Assembly (NCBI GenBank): GCA_963734545.1
Contig: CAVTHO010000003.1
Coordinates: forward strand, 445,593 to 509,592
Direction of reading: 5' to 3'
DNA from: an uncultured Spirochaetota bacterium
Lineage (GTDB): Bacteria > Spirochaetota > Spirochaetia > SZUA-6 > Fen-1364
DNA: 64,000 nt
The position numbers were made by a program, and so were the translations under genes. Shown here in pieces: positions 31,829 to 41,011 of the stretch. Every line of letters starts with the position of its first letter. Within the stretch, counting starts at the first letter, position 1. Under the pieces are notes generated by a model. The model searched no databases and had not been told where the DNA came from. It was given only the letters and a program-made list of their open reading frames with translations.

Positions 31829-32851
31829 ATGACTGCCCTTGAGGGCCCGCGGTTCACACGTGCAACCTCCGACTGGACTCCCGCGGACCGCCTGGGGGCG
31901 CTGCGCTGCCGCCTGGGAATGTTCCGGTCGCCGCATCGCGTGGAGCCGGGACTGTACTCTCTCGGAAGACCCGGCACGGACTCACCGGTCCTCGCGACGG
32001 GAAATTACCGGCTCACCTTCGATCTCCTCAGGACGGGCCTGCGCGGCTGCGATTGCTGGATCCTCGTCCTGGATACGGACGGGATGGACGTTGCCAGCGG
32101 CGCGGCGACCGGCAGGTTCGGCACGGATGAGCTGATCACGAGGATGCTGAAGACGCGCCTCCCGGAAGTGGTGCGCCACCGCGCGGTGATACTGCCGCAG
32201 ATCGGGGCGCGGGCAATAGACGGCGGGGCAGTACGAAGGGACACGGGATTTGACGTCCTTGCCGGCCCTGCGCGAGCGGAGGACATTCCCGGCTATCTCG
32301 CGCGGGGCAGCAGCCCGACCACGGAGATGCGCGCTGTCCGGTTCACGCTGCGGGACCGGCTGGGCGTCAGCCTCATGGAAGTGGGACGGTCGCTGCTGAT
32401 CTTTCCCGTCTTCGCGTTCGGGGCGCTGATCGTCGCGGGACTGGGTCCCGGCGGGGTATCCCTCGAGAGAGCCTGGACCCATGTGTGGCCGCTCTTTGCC
32501 CTGGGGCTGGGCAGCGTCTGCGCCGGCTCTTTCCTCGTGCCGTCCGCCCTTCCCGGGATTCCGTTCGCCGCGTATTCCGCGAAAGGATGGCTGATGGGTG
32601 CCGCGGTGACTGCCCTCTTGCTGCATGGCGCCGGCTTTGCGCGCGGCATGGATCCCTTCCTCACGGCCGCGTGCTACCTGTTCTTCCCCGCGGCCAGCGC
32701 CGCGCTCGCGCTGCGCTTTGCCGGCGCCACTCCGGCGGGATTCTTTCCCGCGGCACGAACCGAGATCCGGCGCGCGTGGCCTTTTTTCGCGGCCGCCGCC
32801 CTGCTGACAGGCGCAGCGCTCGCCTTGTCCCGGCTCGGTCCGTGGGCATGA
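31829..32851 (+). CDS. HgcA-like corrinoid (CdhD-type) membrane protein lacking the cap-helix Cys
   Basis: VEPGLYSLG...SPVLATGNYRLTFD, ILPQIGA, GPARAEDIP, EMRAVRF and C-terminal TM helices match HgcA architecture; GMDVASGAATGRFG stands where HgcA has GINVWCAAGKGTF. Confidence 0.8.
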   Translation: MTALEGPRFTRATSDWTPADRLGALRCRLGMFRSPHRVEPGLYSLGRPGTDSPVLATGNYRLTFDLLRTGLRGCDCWILVLDTDGMDVASGAATGRFGTDELITRMLKTRLPEVVRHRAVILPQIGARAIDGGAVRRDTGFDVLAGPARAEDIPGYLARGSSPTTEMRAVRFTLRDRLGVSLMEVGRSLLIFPVFAFGALIVAGLGPGGVSLERAWTHVWPLFALGLGSVCAGSFLVPSALPGIPFAAYSAKGWLMGAAVTALLLHGAGFARGMDPFLTAACYLFFPAASAALALRFAGATPAGFFPAARTEIRRAWPFFAAAALLTGAALALSRLGPWA

Positions 32852-32893
32852 CGTTGAAAACAGCGTATTATTGAGAACAACGAGGATGCATCC

Positions 32894-33841
32894 GTGAAGA
32901 GAAGAGCTGTCTTCTTCCTGGGCCTTCTGGCCGCGTCTCAACTGGTCGCGCAGGATATATTCGAGCTTGCCTCGCGCGGCGCGCCGGGGCAGATCCCGGC
33001 CGGGCGGGATGCGGGGGCGAGCGTGAACGCGCAGGACGAAAAAGGAAGAACGCCGCTCATGTACGCGGCCAGTGACAACCCGGACGCCGGGATGATCGAT
33101 GCCCTTCTGAAGGCCGGGGCGAGGATCTCGGACAGGGACGGCAAGGGCATGTCCGCTGTCATGTGGGCGGCTTCCAACAACGGCAATCCGAACGTGATCG
33201 CCGCCCTTCTGAAAGCGGGAGCGAAGATCGACGACCGGGACAATTTCGGCCTCACCGCGCTCATGGCCGCGGCCACGGGAAACCAGAATCCCGAGGTGAT
33301 CACGATGCTCGTGAATGCGGGTGCGAGCGTGAAGGGCGGCAATATACTGGGGTGGACTCCGCTCATGCACGCCGTGATCTACAACAGGAACCTGGAGGTG
33401 ATCGCCGCGCTGGTAAAGGCCGGGGCGGGGATCTCGGACAGGGACGAGCAGGGGATCACCCCTCTCATGTGGGCGGCGAGCAAACGGGACCCCGCGGTGG
33501 TGGACCTCCTGATGAAGGAAGGGAGCAGGATCGACGACCGGGACGAAAACGGCCTGACCGCGCTGATGCATGCCGCGCGGGACAACCCTCTGCCCGCTGT
33601 CATCACGGCGCTGCTTGCCGCGGGGGCCGCCATTGACGCGGTGGACGAGAGCGGGCAGAGCGCGCTCATGTGGGCCGTGCAGAGCAACCAGAACGCGGAT
33701 TGCATTTCCGCGCTCCTGGAAGCGGGGGCGGACGGAGCGTTGAAGGACAAGACCGGGAAAACGGCATTCGAGTACGCCAAGGACAATCAGAAGTTGAAAG
33801 GAACAAAAGTGTATTGGCAGCTGAACGACGCGCGATTCTAG
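32894..33841 (+). CDS. Secreted ankyrin-repeat protein
   Basis: Signal peptide; about 8 repeats of G.T(P/A)LM.AA...LL.AGA.I. Confidence 0.92.
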   Translation: MKRRAVFFLGLLAASQLVAQDIFELASRGAPGQIPAGRDAGASVNAQDEKGRTPLMYAASDNPDAGMIDALLKAGARISDRDGKGMSAVMWAASNNGNPNVIAALLKAGAKIDDRDNFGLTALMAAATGNQNPEVITMLVNAGASVKGGNILGWTPLMHAVIYNRNLEVIAALVKAGAGISDRDEQGITPLMWAASKRDPAVVDLLMKEGSRIDDRDENGLTALMHAARDNPLPAVITALLAAGAAIDAVDESGQSALMWAVQSNQNADCISALLEAGADGALKDKTGKTAFEYAKDNQKLKGTKVYWQLNDARF

Positions 33842-33855
33842 GCTACAATCGAGCC

Positions 33856-34425
33856 GTGGACGGCATTTCCATACAGGTGTTCGGCGAGCAGGAGCTTGTG
33901 CAGCACCTGGCGAGCGGCGGCGCGCACTACAGCCACTGCATCTCGATCAGGAACCCGGATGAAACCATGCCGGGGATCATCAAGGACAAGTTCCGCGCCA
34001 TCCTCGAGCTCAGGTTCTATGACGCGGAAGAAGTCGAGCAGCTCGGGCCGGCGCAGACGATCAAGCGCGTCCCCGAGCACAGGGACGTCAAGGGAATCCT
34101 CGAGTTTTTCCGCATGACGGCCGCGGAAGCGACCGGGTATACGATTCATTGCTGGCAGGGCATCTCGCGGTCCCCCGCCGTCGCGCTGGGCCTCCTGTAT
34201 CTCATGACGGGCTCGGAGGACGAGGCGGCATGGCATTTGAAACGGCTCCGGCCCGATGCGAGGCCGCACCGGAAGCTCGTGAGGTTCTTCGACGATCAGC
34301 TTGGATGCAGGCTCTCCCGCGTCAATGAGAAGCTCCGCGCCGAGGCGCTGGCAGCGCCGATGCAGGATTTCACACCGCCCTCCGGAGGCCTCCTGACGCG
34401 CGCGAAGAGAATGAGGGCGTCATAG
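33856..34425 (+). CDS. Protein tyrosine phosphatase-like (CX5R) protein
   Basis: IHCWQGISRS P-loop; LRFYD; RPDARP. Confidence 0.82.
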   Translation: MDGISIQVFGEQELVQHLASGGAHYSHCISIRNPDETMPGIIKDKFRAILELRFYDAEEVEQLGPAQTIKRVPEHRDVKGILEFFRMTAAEATGYTIHCWQGISRSPAVALGLLYLMTGSEDEAAWHLKRLRPDARPHRKLVRFFDDQLGCRLSRVNEKLRAEALAAPMQDFTPPSGGLLTRAKRMRAS

Positions 34426-34429
34426 CGAA

Positions 34430-35723
34430 ATGCAGATCATTGTAGGGCATACCAACATGGACCTGGACTGCCTCGGCTCCATTGCGATTGCCCGCGTGCT
34501 GTTCCCGGGCGCACGCGCCCTGCGCAGCCGGTTGATCCACCCGGTGGCGCGCAACCTCTACAACCTCTACGCGGATCACCTCGACCTGGGCTCCGTCGCC
34601 GAGCTCGCGGGAGAGCGCGTCGAGAGCATCGTGGTGGTGGATACCCGCTCGATGGGCAGGGTGAAGGAGTTCTTTCCCGCGGCGGACGATCTGCCGCCCA
34701 TCGAAGTGTGGGACCATCACCCGGCCGAATCCTCGGACATTCCCGGCGCGGTGGTGCACGAAGCACCTGTCGGGGCAAATACCACGCTGCTCGGCATGGA
34801 GGGGATGAAGCGCGGCATTCGTCTCTGCGCGGACGACGCCACCATCGCACTTGCCGGCATATACGCCGACACGGGGAATTTCACGCATGAGAACGTGAGC
34901 CTGGCGGACTTCGAGGTGGCGGGGTGGCTCAAGGGTCAGGGCGCCTCGATCGTCCTCGTCAAGAGCTTTCTGCAGACCCTCCAGGAAGAATCGCAGGTCA
35001 CGCTCTTTCACGAGCTCCTCAACAGGGTCACGTATCAGACCGTGCACGGCCACCTGGTGGTCACCACCTACATGGAAATGGAGAGGCAGATCGGAGGGCT
35101 GGCCGCCGTCGTGGAGAAAGTGTTCGAGGTGGAGAACCCGGACGCGATTTTCTGCGTCTTCTTTTTCGGCCGGGAGAACGAGACCCTGATCATCGCGCGC
35201 AGCCAGCAGCGCAGTCTCGACGTGGCGCGCGTGCTTAGCGTCTTCCGCGGAGGGGGCCACCCGCAGGCGTCTTCGGCCCTGCTCAAGGGCGCCGACCGGG
35301 AAGAAGAGCTTTCATGCGCTGCAGGCGTGTCTGAAGACGATGCTGACAGACGCGACGAACGCCGCCGCGATCATGAGCAGGGAGGTGGTGACCCTGCTCG
35401 ACAGCTGGACCTTGAAGGATGCGTCTCTCTTCCTGGAGAAGGCGGACAGGAGCGGTGCGCCGGTCGTCAATGCCGGCGGCGAGCTCTGCGGATACCTCAG
35501 CCTGCGCGACATCGTGAAGGGCGGACGCGGGAACCCGATGAGCGCGCCGGTGCGCTCGCACATGGTCCGCAAGGTGGTATCAGGAACCCCGCTGATGTCT
35601 CTTCGGGAGATCGAAGGCCTCTTCTTCTCGCACACGATATTCGACCTGCCTATAGTGGAAGAGGGCCGCATCGTGGGCATTGTGACCCGGGAAGGGTATC
35701 TCAGGGCCCGCGCGGGAGAATGA
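34430..35723 (+). CDS. DHH/DHHA1 phosphoesterase with a C-terminal CBS pair; one indel
   Basis: HTNMDLDC, VVVDT, WDHH, GIYADTGNF, GGGHPQAS; CBS pair in ORF 35340-35723. Confidence 0.85.
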
Positions 35724-35781
35724 GCGGGCCCCGAATTGAAGCGCCGGTGTACGCGCTATATATTCGGATCTGAGGTTTCGC

Positions 35782-36862
35782 ATGATCAGGACCCTTGCGC
35801 TCACCCTTTGCTGGGCTCTCGTTTCCGCGTCCTCCTGGGGGGTGGGCGGCGTCAGCATCGACTCCCCTCGCGTCGACGTTCCCTTTGACAGCGACATCAC
35901 CAGCCCGGGCCTGGTCATCCATTCCATCCGGGTCAGCACGCACGACGCAATGACCTCGTTCTTCATGGACTACGAAAGCGATGTAACGCGCGGGTTCCTG
36001 CTCTTCGATCCGCCTGATGGGAAAGCGGTCCGGATCGAGGGAGCCGAATCCCTGCCCCCGGGGCGGCACGAGGCGCGCATCGATGTCGAGACTGCCCGGC
36101 TTGCACCCGGTCGAGCGAATCTCGATCTGGATACTGGGCGGGGGGGCTGACTCGGTTTCCTTCGTCTGGACGGCGATGCCGGAAAATCCGCCGAGTACGG
36201 CGATGCCGGAAAATCCGCCGAGTACGGCGATGCAGCAGCCATCAGAGGTGCCGGAAGGCCCGCGAGGCCGGCTCCAGGCATCGGACGCGCTGGCTCTGGC
36301 GGGAAGCAGCGTGACGCTCGGCGCTTTCACATTTCAGCCCCGGGCGGACGGCGAATTGATCGCCCGCGAGTACGTCCGAAACGGCATCTCGAGCGCGGAG
36401 ACGGCGCGCCAGGAGCAGGCAGCGGCCGGCGGCCTTGATTCGCTCCATGCGCGCATGCCCTCCCTGAAGACCATTGTCAAGGAGCTCGGGCCGCCGACCC
36501 GGGTCGTGGTGCGCGACGATGTGGGAACGAGATCCTACAGCATCTCCTACGGCAGGGTGCAGTTCTCTTTCACCGATTCTCTCGATCGCCTGCAGGAGAT
36601 TCGTCTTCAGTCCGCCGAGCCCGCCTGGCACCTGGCGCAGAATATCGGCGTGGGCTCATCCCTGGAGGAGGTGCTCGCCGCGCTCGGACAACCCCTGGCG
36701 CGCTCAGGGGACAGCCAGGTCGACTTTCCCGGTGTGCGCTTCTTCTTCGAGAACGGCGTCGTGACCGCGATGTCCCTCGTCGCGCCGCAGGGGGGCTCAT
36801 CGGGCAGTGACCAGGAAGGCTCCGATTCCTGGGGCCCCGAGGACATCTTCACGATCCCCTGA
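35782..36862 (+). CDS. Hypothetical secreted protein (probable indel near 36140)
   Basis: Signal peptide in 35782-36150; continues in the 36017-36862 frame (GIGVGSSLEEVLAALGQP-like motif). Confidence 0.55.
36170..36232 (+). repeat. 27-bp tandem repeat (TAMPENPPS x2.3)
   Basis: acggcgatgccggaaaatccgccgagt twice, then acggcgatg. Confidence 0.85.
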
Positions 36863-36939
36863 CGGCTTTGGCTTGACTCGCGGGGGCGCCGTCGCTATCA
36901 TGGCGGCCACATTCGCGTTCAGATTTCAGTGGAGGAATA

Positions 36940-37146
36940 ATGGGCAAGACCCATAGAGGAAAAGGGTTGAAGGAGCAGGTGCGTCAGGGTCGGAGCGTCT
37001 GCCCCGTGTGCAAGAGATCGGCCGTCAAGGTCGTGTTCGAGGCACAGGTGAAGGAAAAGACCATCAAGGTCTGCAAAACCTGCAAGGCGGCAATCAGCCA
37101 CGGCAAAATGCAAAAGGAAGTGGAAGCGCTCGTTCCTGCGTCGTGA
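36940..37146 (+). CDS. Small basic zinc-ribbon-like protein (2x CxxC)
   Basis: GGAGG RBS; TTGACT...TATCAT promoter; MGKTHRGKG...CPVC...CKTC. Confidence 0.8.
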   Translation: MGKTHRGKGLKEQVRQGRSVCPVCKRSAVKVVFEAQVKEKTIKVCKTCKAAISHGKMQKEVEALVPAS

Positions 37147-37156
37147 TGAGCCCGTA

Positions 37157-37300
37157 CTAGTTCTTTCGGGAGGCTTTCTCAACTTCACGGGATATGAGTC
37201 TGACGATTTCCTTTTCCATGCTCGTTTGCTTCGTCTGGCAAAGTTTTTTAAAACCCTTGTGGATGGGATCCGGAACCTGCCGAATCAGTATGCTTCCCAT
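37157..37300 (-). CDS. 47-aa ribbon-helix-helix (Arc/FitA-like) DNA-binding protein
   Basis: MGSILIRQVPDPIHKGFKKLC...SMEKEIVRLI; TTGACG-17-TAGAGT-7-ATG promoter. Confidence 0.7.
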   Translation of the reverse strand: MGSILIRQVPDPIHKGFKKLCQTKQTSMEKEIVRLISREVEKASRKN

Positions 37301-37332
37301 GGGGTAGACTCTACCACCCCCCCGGCGAGGCG

Positions 37333-39189
37333 TCAAGAAATTTCCCTTTTTTGAACACTCCGGGTGATCGCCGAGGCGTCGGCAGCCGCACGGCCCGCAA
37401 CGTGCGCGACCTCCGCGGCGAGGGACCCGATCCGCGCGACGACGCGCGCGAACCCTTCCAGGGCGGACCGCCCCCGATCCGTCGAGGAGGCGTCGTCCTT
37501 CAGCCGCGCGGCGCTCGCGTTCGCGTTCTCCGACTGGGAGAGAAGCTGCGTCACTTCCTCCCACGCGCCCCCCACGGCCCGCGCGGCATCCGCTGATGCC
37601 TCGTGCACGACGCGGCCCGCTTCCTGTGCCGCACGCGACGCGCCTTCTACGCTGCCTCCCGCTTCGGTGAGCGCCGCGGAAAGGGCCCGGGCGCGGGCCG
37701 CGGTCTCGTCCGCCATGCCTTTGACCTCGTCCGCAATGCGCGCAAAGCCCTGCCCCTGCCCGGACCCGCGGGCCGCTTCCAGCGCGGCGTTCAGGCACAG
37801 CAGTCGTATCCGCTCCGCCGTTTCCCCGATGGCGCTGCCCGTCCTGGCCGCCTTGTCCACGGCATGGGAGGTAGAGGCGCTGAAGGTGATGACCCGGCTC
37901 AGCTCCTCCTCCGCGCGCGACGCGCTTGCCCCCAGGATCCGGGCCGCATCCTCCGTCTGCCGGGAGCGATCAACCGCTTCCCGCACGGCGGCAGTGAGCT
38001 TTCCGAACAGCGGCAGGCGGCCGGCGATTCCGGCGCGCAGCTCCGTCTCCCGCGCCTCCGCGCGCGCGAACAGCGCGTCCGCTTCCGCGCCCGCCGTCGC
38101 CGCGGCGGCCGCCTCGGCGCCAAGTCGTTCCGCCAGCGCCTGGAGCTGCGCGGCGGCCGTCTGCGCCCCGCGCGCGGAGGCGCCGATCAGGGCGAGCTCC
38201 TCCCCGGCAGCGCGGAGGTCCTGATCGCGCCGGGCGAGAAGGGCGTCGGCGGCACGCATGCGGCGTCCCGCTGTCAGCATGAGGACCAGGAGCAGCAGCA
38301 GGAGCGTTGCGGCGGGCACACCGGCGAGCCAGAGCAGGCGGAGCGGGGACAGGGAGGAGGTGAGCGCGGATGAGACGAACAGGTACCAGCCGGGAGCGGG
38401 AGCGCGAACAGCAACGCTCATGCCGGTTTCAGGGCCCATCGCCTCCATGAAGACCACAGCCTGGTCGGTGCTGACCAGGGACTCCAGCGCCCCTGACACC
38501 GCGGCGCGTGAAGGTGCCGGGTACAGGTCGAATATGGTCCCGCCTCCCGCTGCCTCCCCCGCGGCGCTCACGAGCGCCGCCATGGTCCCCTGCGCCGTGG
38601 ATCCGTTCGAGATGACGATCGACGCAAGCGCGGAGACATCGCTCAGAAAGCACACGGCTCCCCATACCCGGCCGTCGTCCATGACGCGCGCGCTCGTGCG
38701 GATCCCCCGCGCGTCGCTCGTGACGAGCACCTCGTCGCCTTTCAAGGTGGAGAAATACCAGGCATCCTCCGCATCGCTTTCCGTGAGTCTCTTCACCGCC
38801 GCTCCGCCCTTGTAAAGGGTCCGCGTGTTCTCGCTGGCCAGGTAGATCTGCGCGAAGGGGAGGAGCCTGCCGTAGTTTTCGATCTCTTTCAGCGAGATGT
38901 CCTCGTGCGCCCTGTTGGAAGGGGTCAGCCGTTCGCCCTGGAATTTGACCCACAGCCAGGCCAGCGGCGACTGGCTCAGGTATTCAGCCGCTTGTTTCTG
39001 TCGCTCGATGGACTCCCCGATCTCTCTGTCGATTGCGGCTGCAGAATCCTTCACCCGGGCCGACAGCGCGGTCCGTGCGTCCGCCGCCTGCCATGAGGAG
39101 ACCATCACGAACAGAAGCATGCCGCCCAGCAGCACCAGGACGATCGCAGGTAGGAGCAGGGACACCACGCCCGAACGTTTTCCTGGCAT
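37333..39189 (-). CDS. Divergent methyl-accepting chemotaxis protein
   Basis: Two TM segments; RLLCLNAALEAARGSGQGQGFARIADEVKGMA is a degenerate MCP tip. Confidence 0.75.
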   Translation of the reverse strand: MPGKRSGVVSLLLPAIVLVLLGGMLLFVMVSSWQAADARTALSARVKDSAAAIDREIGESIERQKQAAEYLSQSPLAWLWVKFQGERLTPSNRAHEDISLKEIENYGRLLPFAQIYLASENTRTLYKGGAAVKRLTESDAEDAWYFSTLKGDEVLVTSDARGIRTSARVMDDGRVWGAVCFLSDVSALASIVISNGSTAQGTMAALVSAAGEAAGGGTIFDLYPAPSRAAVSGALESLVSTDQAVVFMEAMGPETGMSVAVRAPAPGWYLFVSSALTSSLSPLRLLWLAGVPAATLLLLLLVLMLTAGRRMRAADALLARRDQDLRAAGEELALIGASARGAQTAAAQLQALAERLGAEAAAAATAGAEADALFARAEARETELRAGIAGRLPLFGKLTAAVREAVDRSRQTEDAARILGASASRAEEELSRVITFSASTSHAVDKAARTGSAIGETAERIRLLCLNAALEAARGSGQGQGFARIADEVKGMADETAARARALSAALTEAGGSVEGASRAAQEAGRVVHEASADAARAVGGAWEEVTQLLSQSENANASAARLKDDASSTDRGRSALEGFARVVARIGSLAAEVAHVAGRAAADASAITRSVQKREIS

Positions 39190-39306
39190 TCCGCAAGTAT
39201 AGGGGCGTCATTTTTACGCCGTCAAGGCGTGGCGGGCCGAGCGCCGCCACGCCGCCCCATCTCGTGTCCTTTCTTCTTTCCGCCGCCTCTGATACAGTGA
39301 CTCACC

Positions 39307-39702
39307 ATGCCCGAGCCCGTGTTTGTAGCTCTGCTTCTCGCCGACAGGGTGATTACCGAGGACAACCAGAAGAAGGCGATCATCGGGACCTTCACTCAGT
39401 TCACGGTCCGCCAGGTGCCGGCCGGCCTGCCGCCGTGGTTCATCTATGCCGCGGTCACGAACCTTGCCGGGGAGCACCCCTTCTCGGTCAACCTCGTGCT
39501 CGACAAGAGCCAGCAGGTCGTTTTTTCCGCCGGGGGCACTCTCTCGGTGGATGACCCGAGGCGCGTCGTGGAGCTCGTGATCCCCGTGCCCAATGTGATC
39601 TTCCCGCAGACGGGAACCTACGTTGTTTCATTCCATGTGGGCGGGGAGCAGATCGGATCGCGCATCCTCGACGTGGTCATCCCGGAAAGCAAGAGTCCTT
39701 GA
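39307..39702 (+). CDS. Hypothetical protein (DUF6941-like)
   Basis: LLLADRVITED...KKAIIGTF...FPQTGTY; 131 aa. Confidence 0.6.
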   Translation: MPEPVFVALLLADRVITEDNQKKAIIGTFTQFTVRQVPAGLPPWFIYAAVTNLAGEHPFSVNLVLDKSQQVVFSAGGTLSVDDPRRVVELVIPVPNVIFPQTGTYVVSFHVGGEQIGSRILDVVIPESKSP

Positions 39703-40998
39703 ACCGGCAGCGGCGGGCGCAGTGGCTCCGCCGCGTCTCCAGGGCCGAGATGTACTCCGGGATGTCGAGAGTCTTCCGCGCCGTGCCTGTCTCCATGGCC
39801 GCCTTTGCCACGGCAGGGGCCACCCAGAAAAGTATCCGCGGGTCCAGCGGCTTGGGGATCAGGTAGTCCTGCCCGAAGGCGAGCCGCTCTTCCGCGAACG
39901 CCTTCATTCATGCACTCCGGAACCCCTTCGTGCGCCAGGTCGGCAAGCGCACGCGCGGCAGCGAGCTTCATGTCTGTCATTGATGGCGCGCGCGCGGACA
40001 TCCAGCGCCCCGCGGAAGATGAAGGGAAATCCCAGCAGATTGTTGATCTGGTTGGGGTAGTCGCTGCGCCCCGTGCCCACGATCACGTCGCTGCCGCGTG
40101 GCCCGCGCCAGCTCGTAGCCGATCTCGGGATCGGGATTCGCGCAGGCAAACACGATCGGCCGCTCCGCCATGGAAGAGAGCATGGCCGGGGTGAGCAGGT
40201 CCTTGCCGGAGAGGCCGAGGAAGACGTCGGCACCGCGCACCGCATCGGCGAGCGTCCGTTCGTCGGTTTCCACCGCGAATCGCTCCTTGTACGGGTTCAT
40301 GTTCTCCTGCCTGCCCTTGAACACCACCCCCTTGGTGTCCACGAGGCGGATGTGCTCCCGCGCCGCGCCCAGAGTCACGTAGAACTCCGCGCAGGCTATC
40401 GCGGCCGCCCCGGCGCCGCAGGACCACCACCTTGACCTCCCCGATCTTCTTCCCGGCGATCTCCAGCGCGTTGAGGAGGGCGGCGCCGGTGATGATGGCG
40501 GTGCCGTGCTGGTCATCGTGGAACACGGGAATGTCGAGCATCTCCTTCAGCCGCTGCTCCACCTCGAAGCACTCCGGGGCCTTGATGTCCTCCAGGTTGA
40601 TGCCGCCGAAGGTGGGCGCGATGCGCCGCCACCGCGGCCACCATCTCGTCCGGGCTCTTCGCGTCCAGCTCGATGTCGAATACGTCGATGTCGGCGAACC
40701 TCTTGAAGAGGACTGCCTTGCCCTCCATGACGGGCTTCGCGGCAAGGGGACCCCGGTCTCCCAGCCCGAGGATGGCGGTGCCGTTGGTCACCACCGCCAC
40801 GAGGTTGCCGCGCGCCGTGTAGTCGAATGCCTTCTCCGGGGCGCGCGCGATCTCCTCCACCACCCGGGCAACTCCCGGCGTGTAGGCGAGCGAGAGGTCA
40901 CGCTGCGTGTCCACCTTCTTTGTCGGCACCACCTCGATCTTTCCGGGCCTGCCGGTGGAGTGGTACGCCAGTATCTCTTCCAGGGAAAAGTTCGCCAT
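39677..40998 (-). CDS. NAD(P)-dependent malic enzyme, without PTA domain; indels
   Basis: [64 protein letters not shown]. Confidence 0.92.
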
Positions 40999-41011
40999 AT
41001 CGGGCCTGTCC

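Noticed and set aside
31829-32851. Functional mercury methylator (hgcA)
   Set aside because: Cap-helix Cys is absent, there is no in-frame TGA that could encode Sec there, and no hgcB follows
31982-33571. Long antisense ORFs (529 aa here; also 12354-13610, 30569-31729 and others)
   Set aside because: Shadow ORFs caused by high GC on the strand opposite well-supported genes
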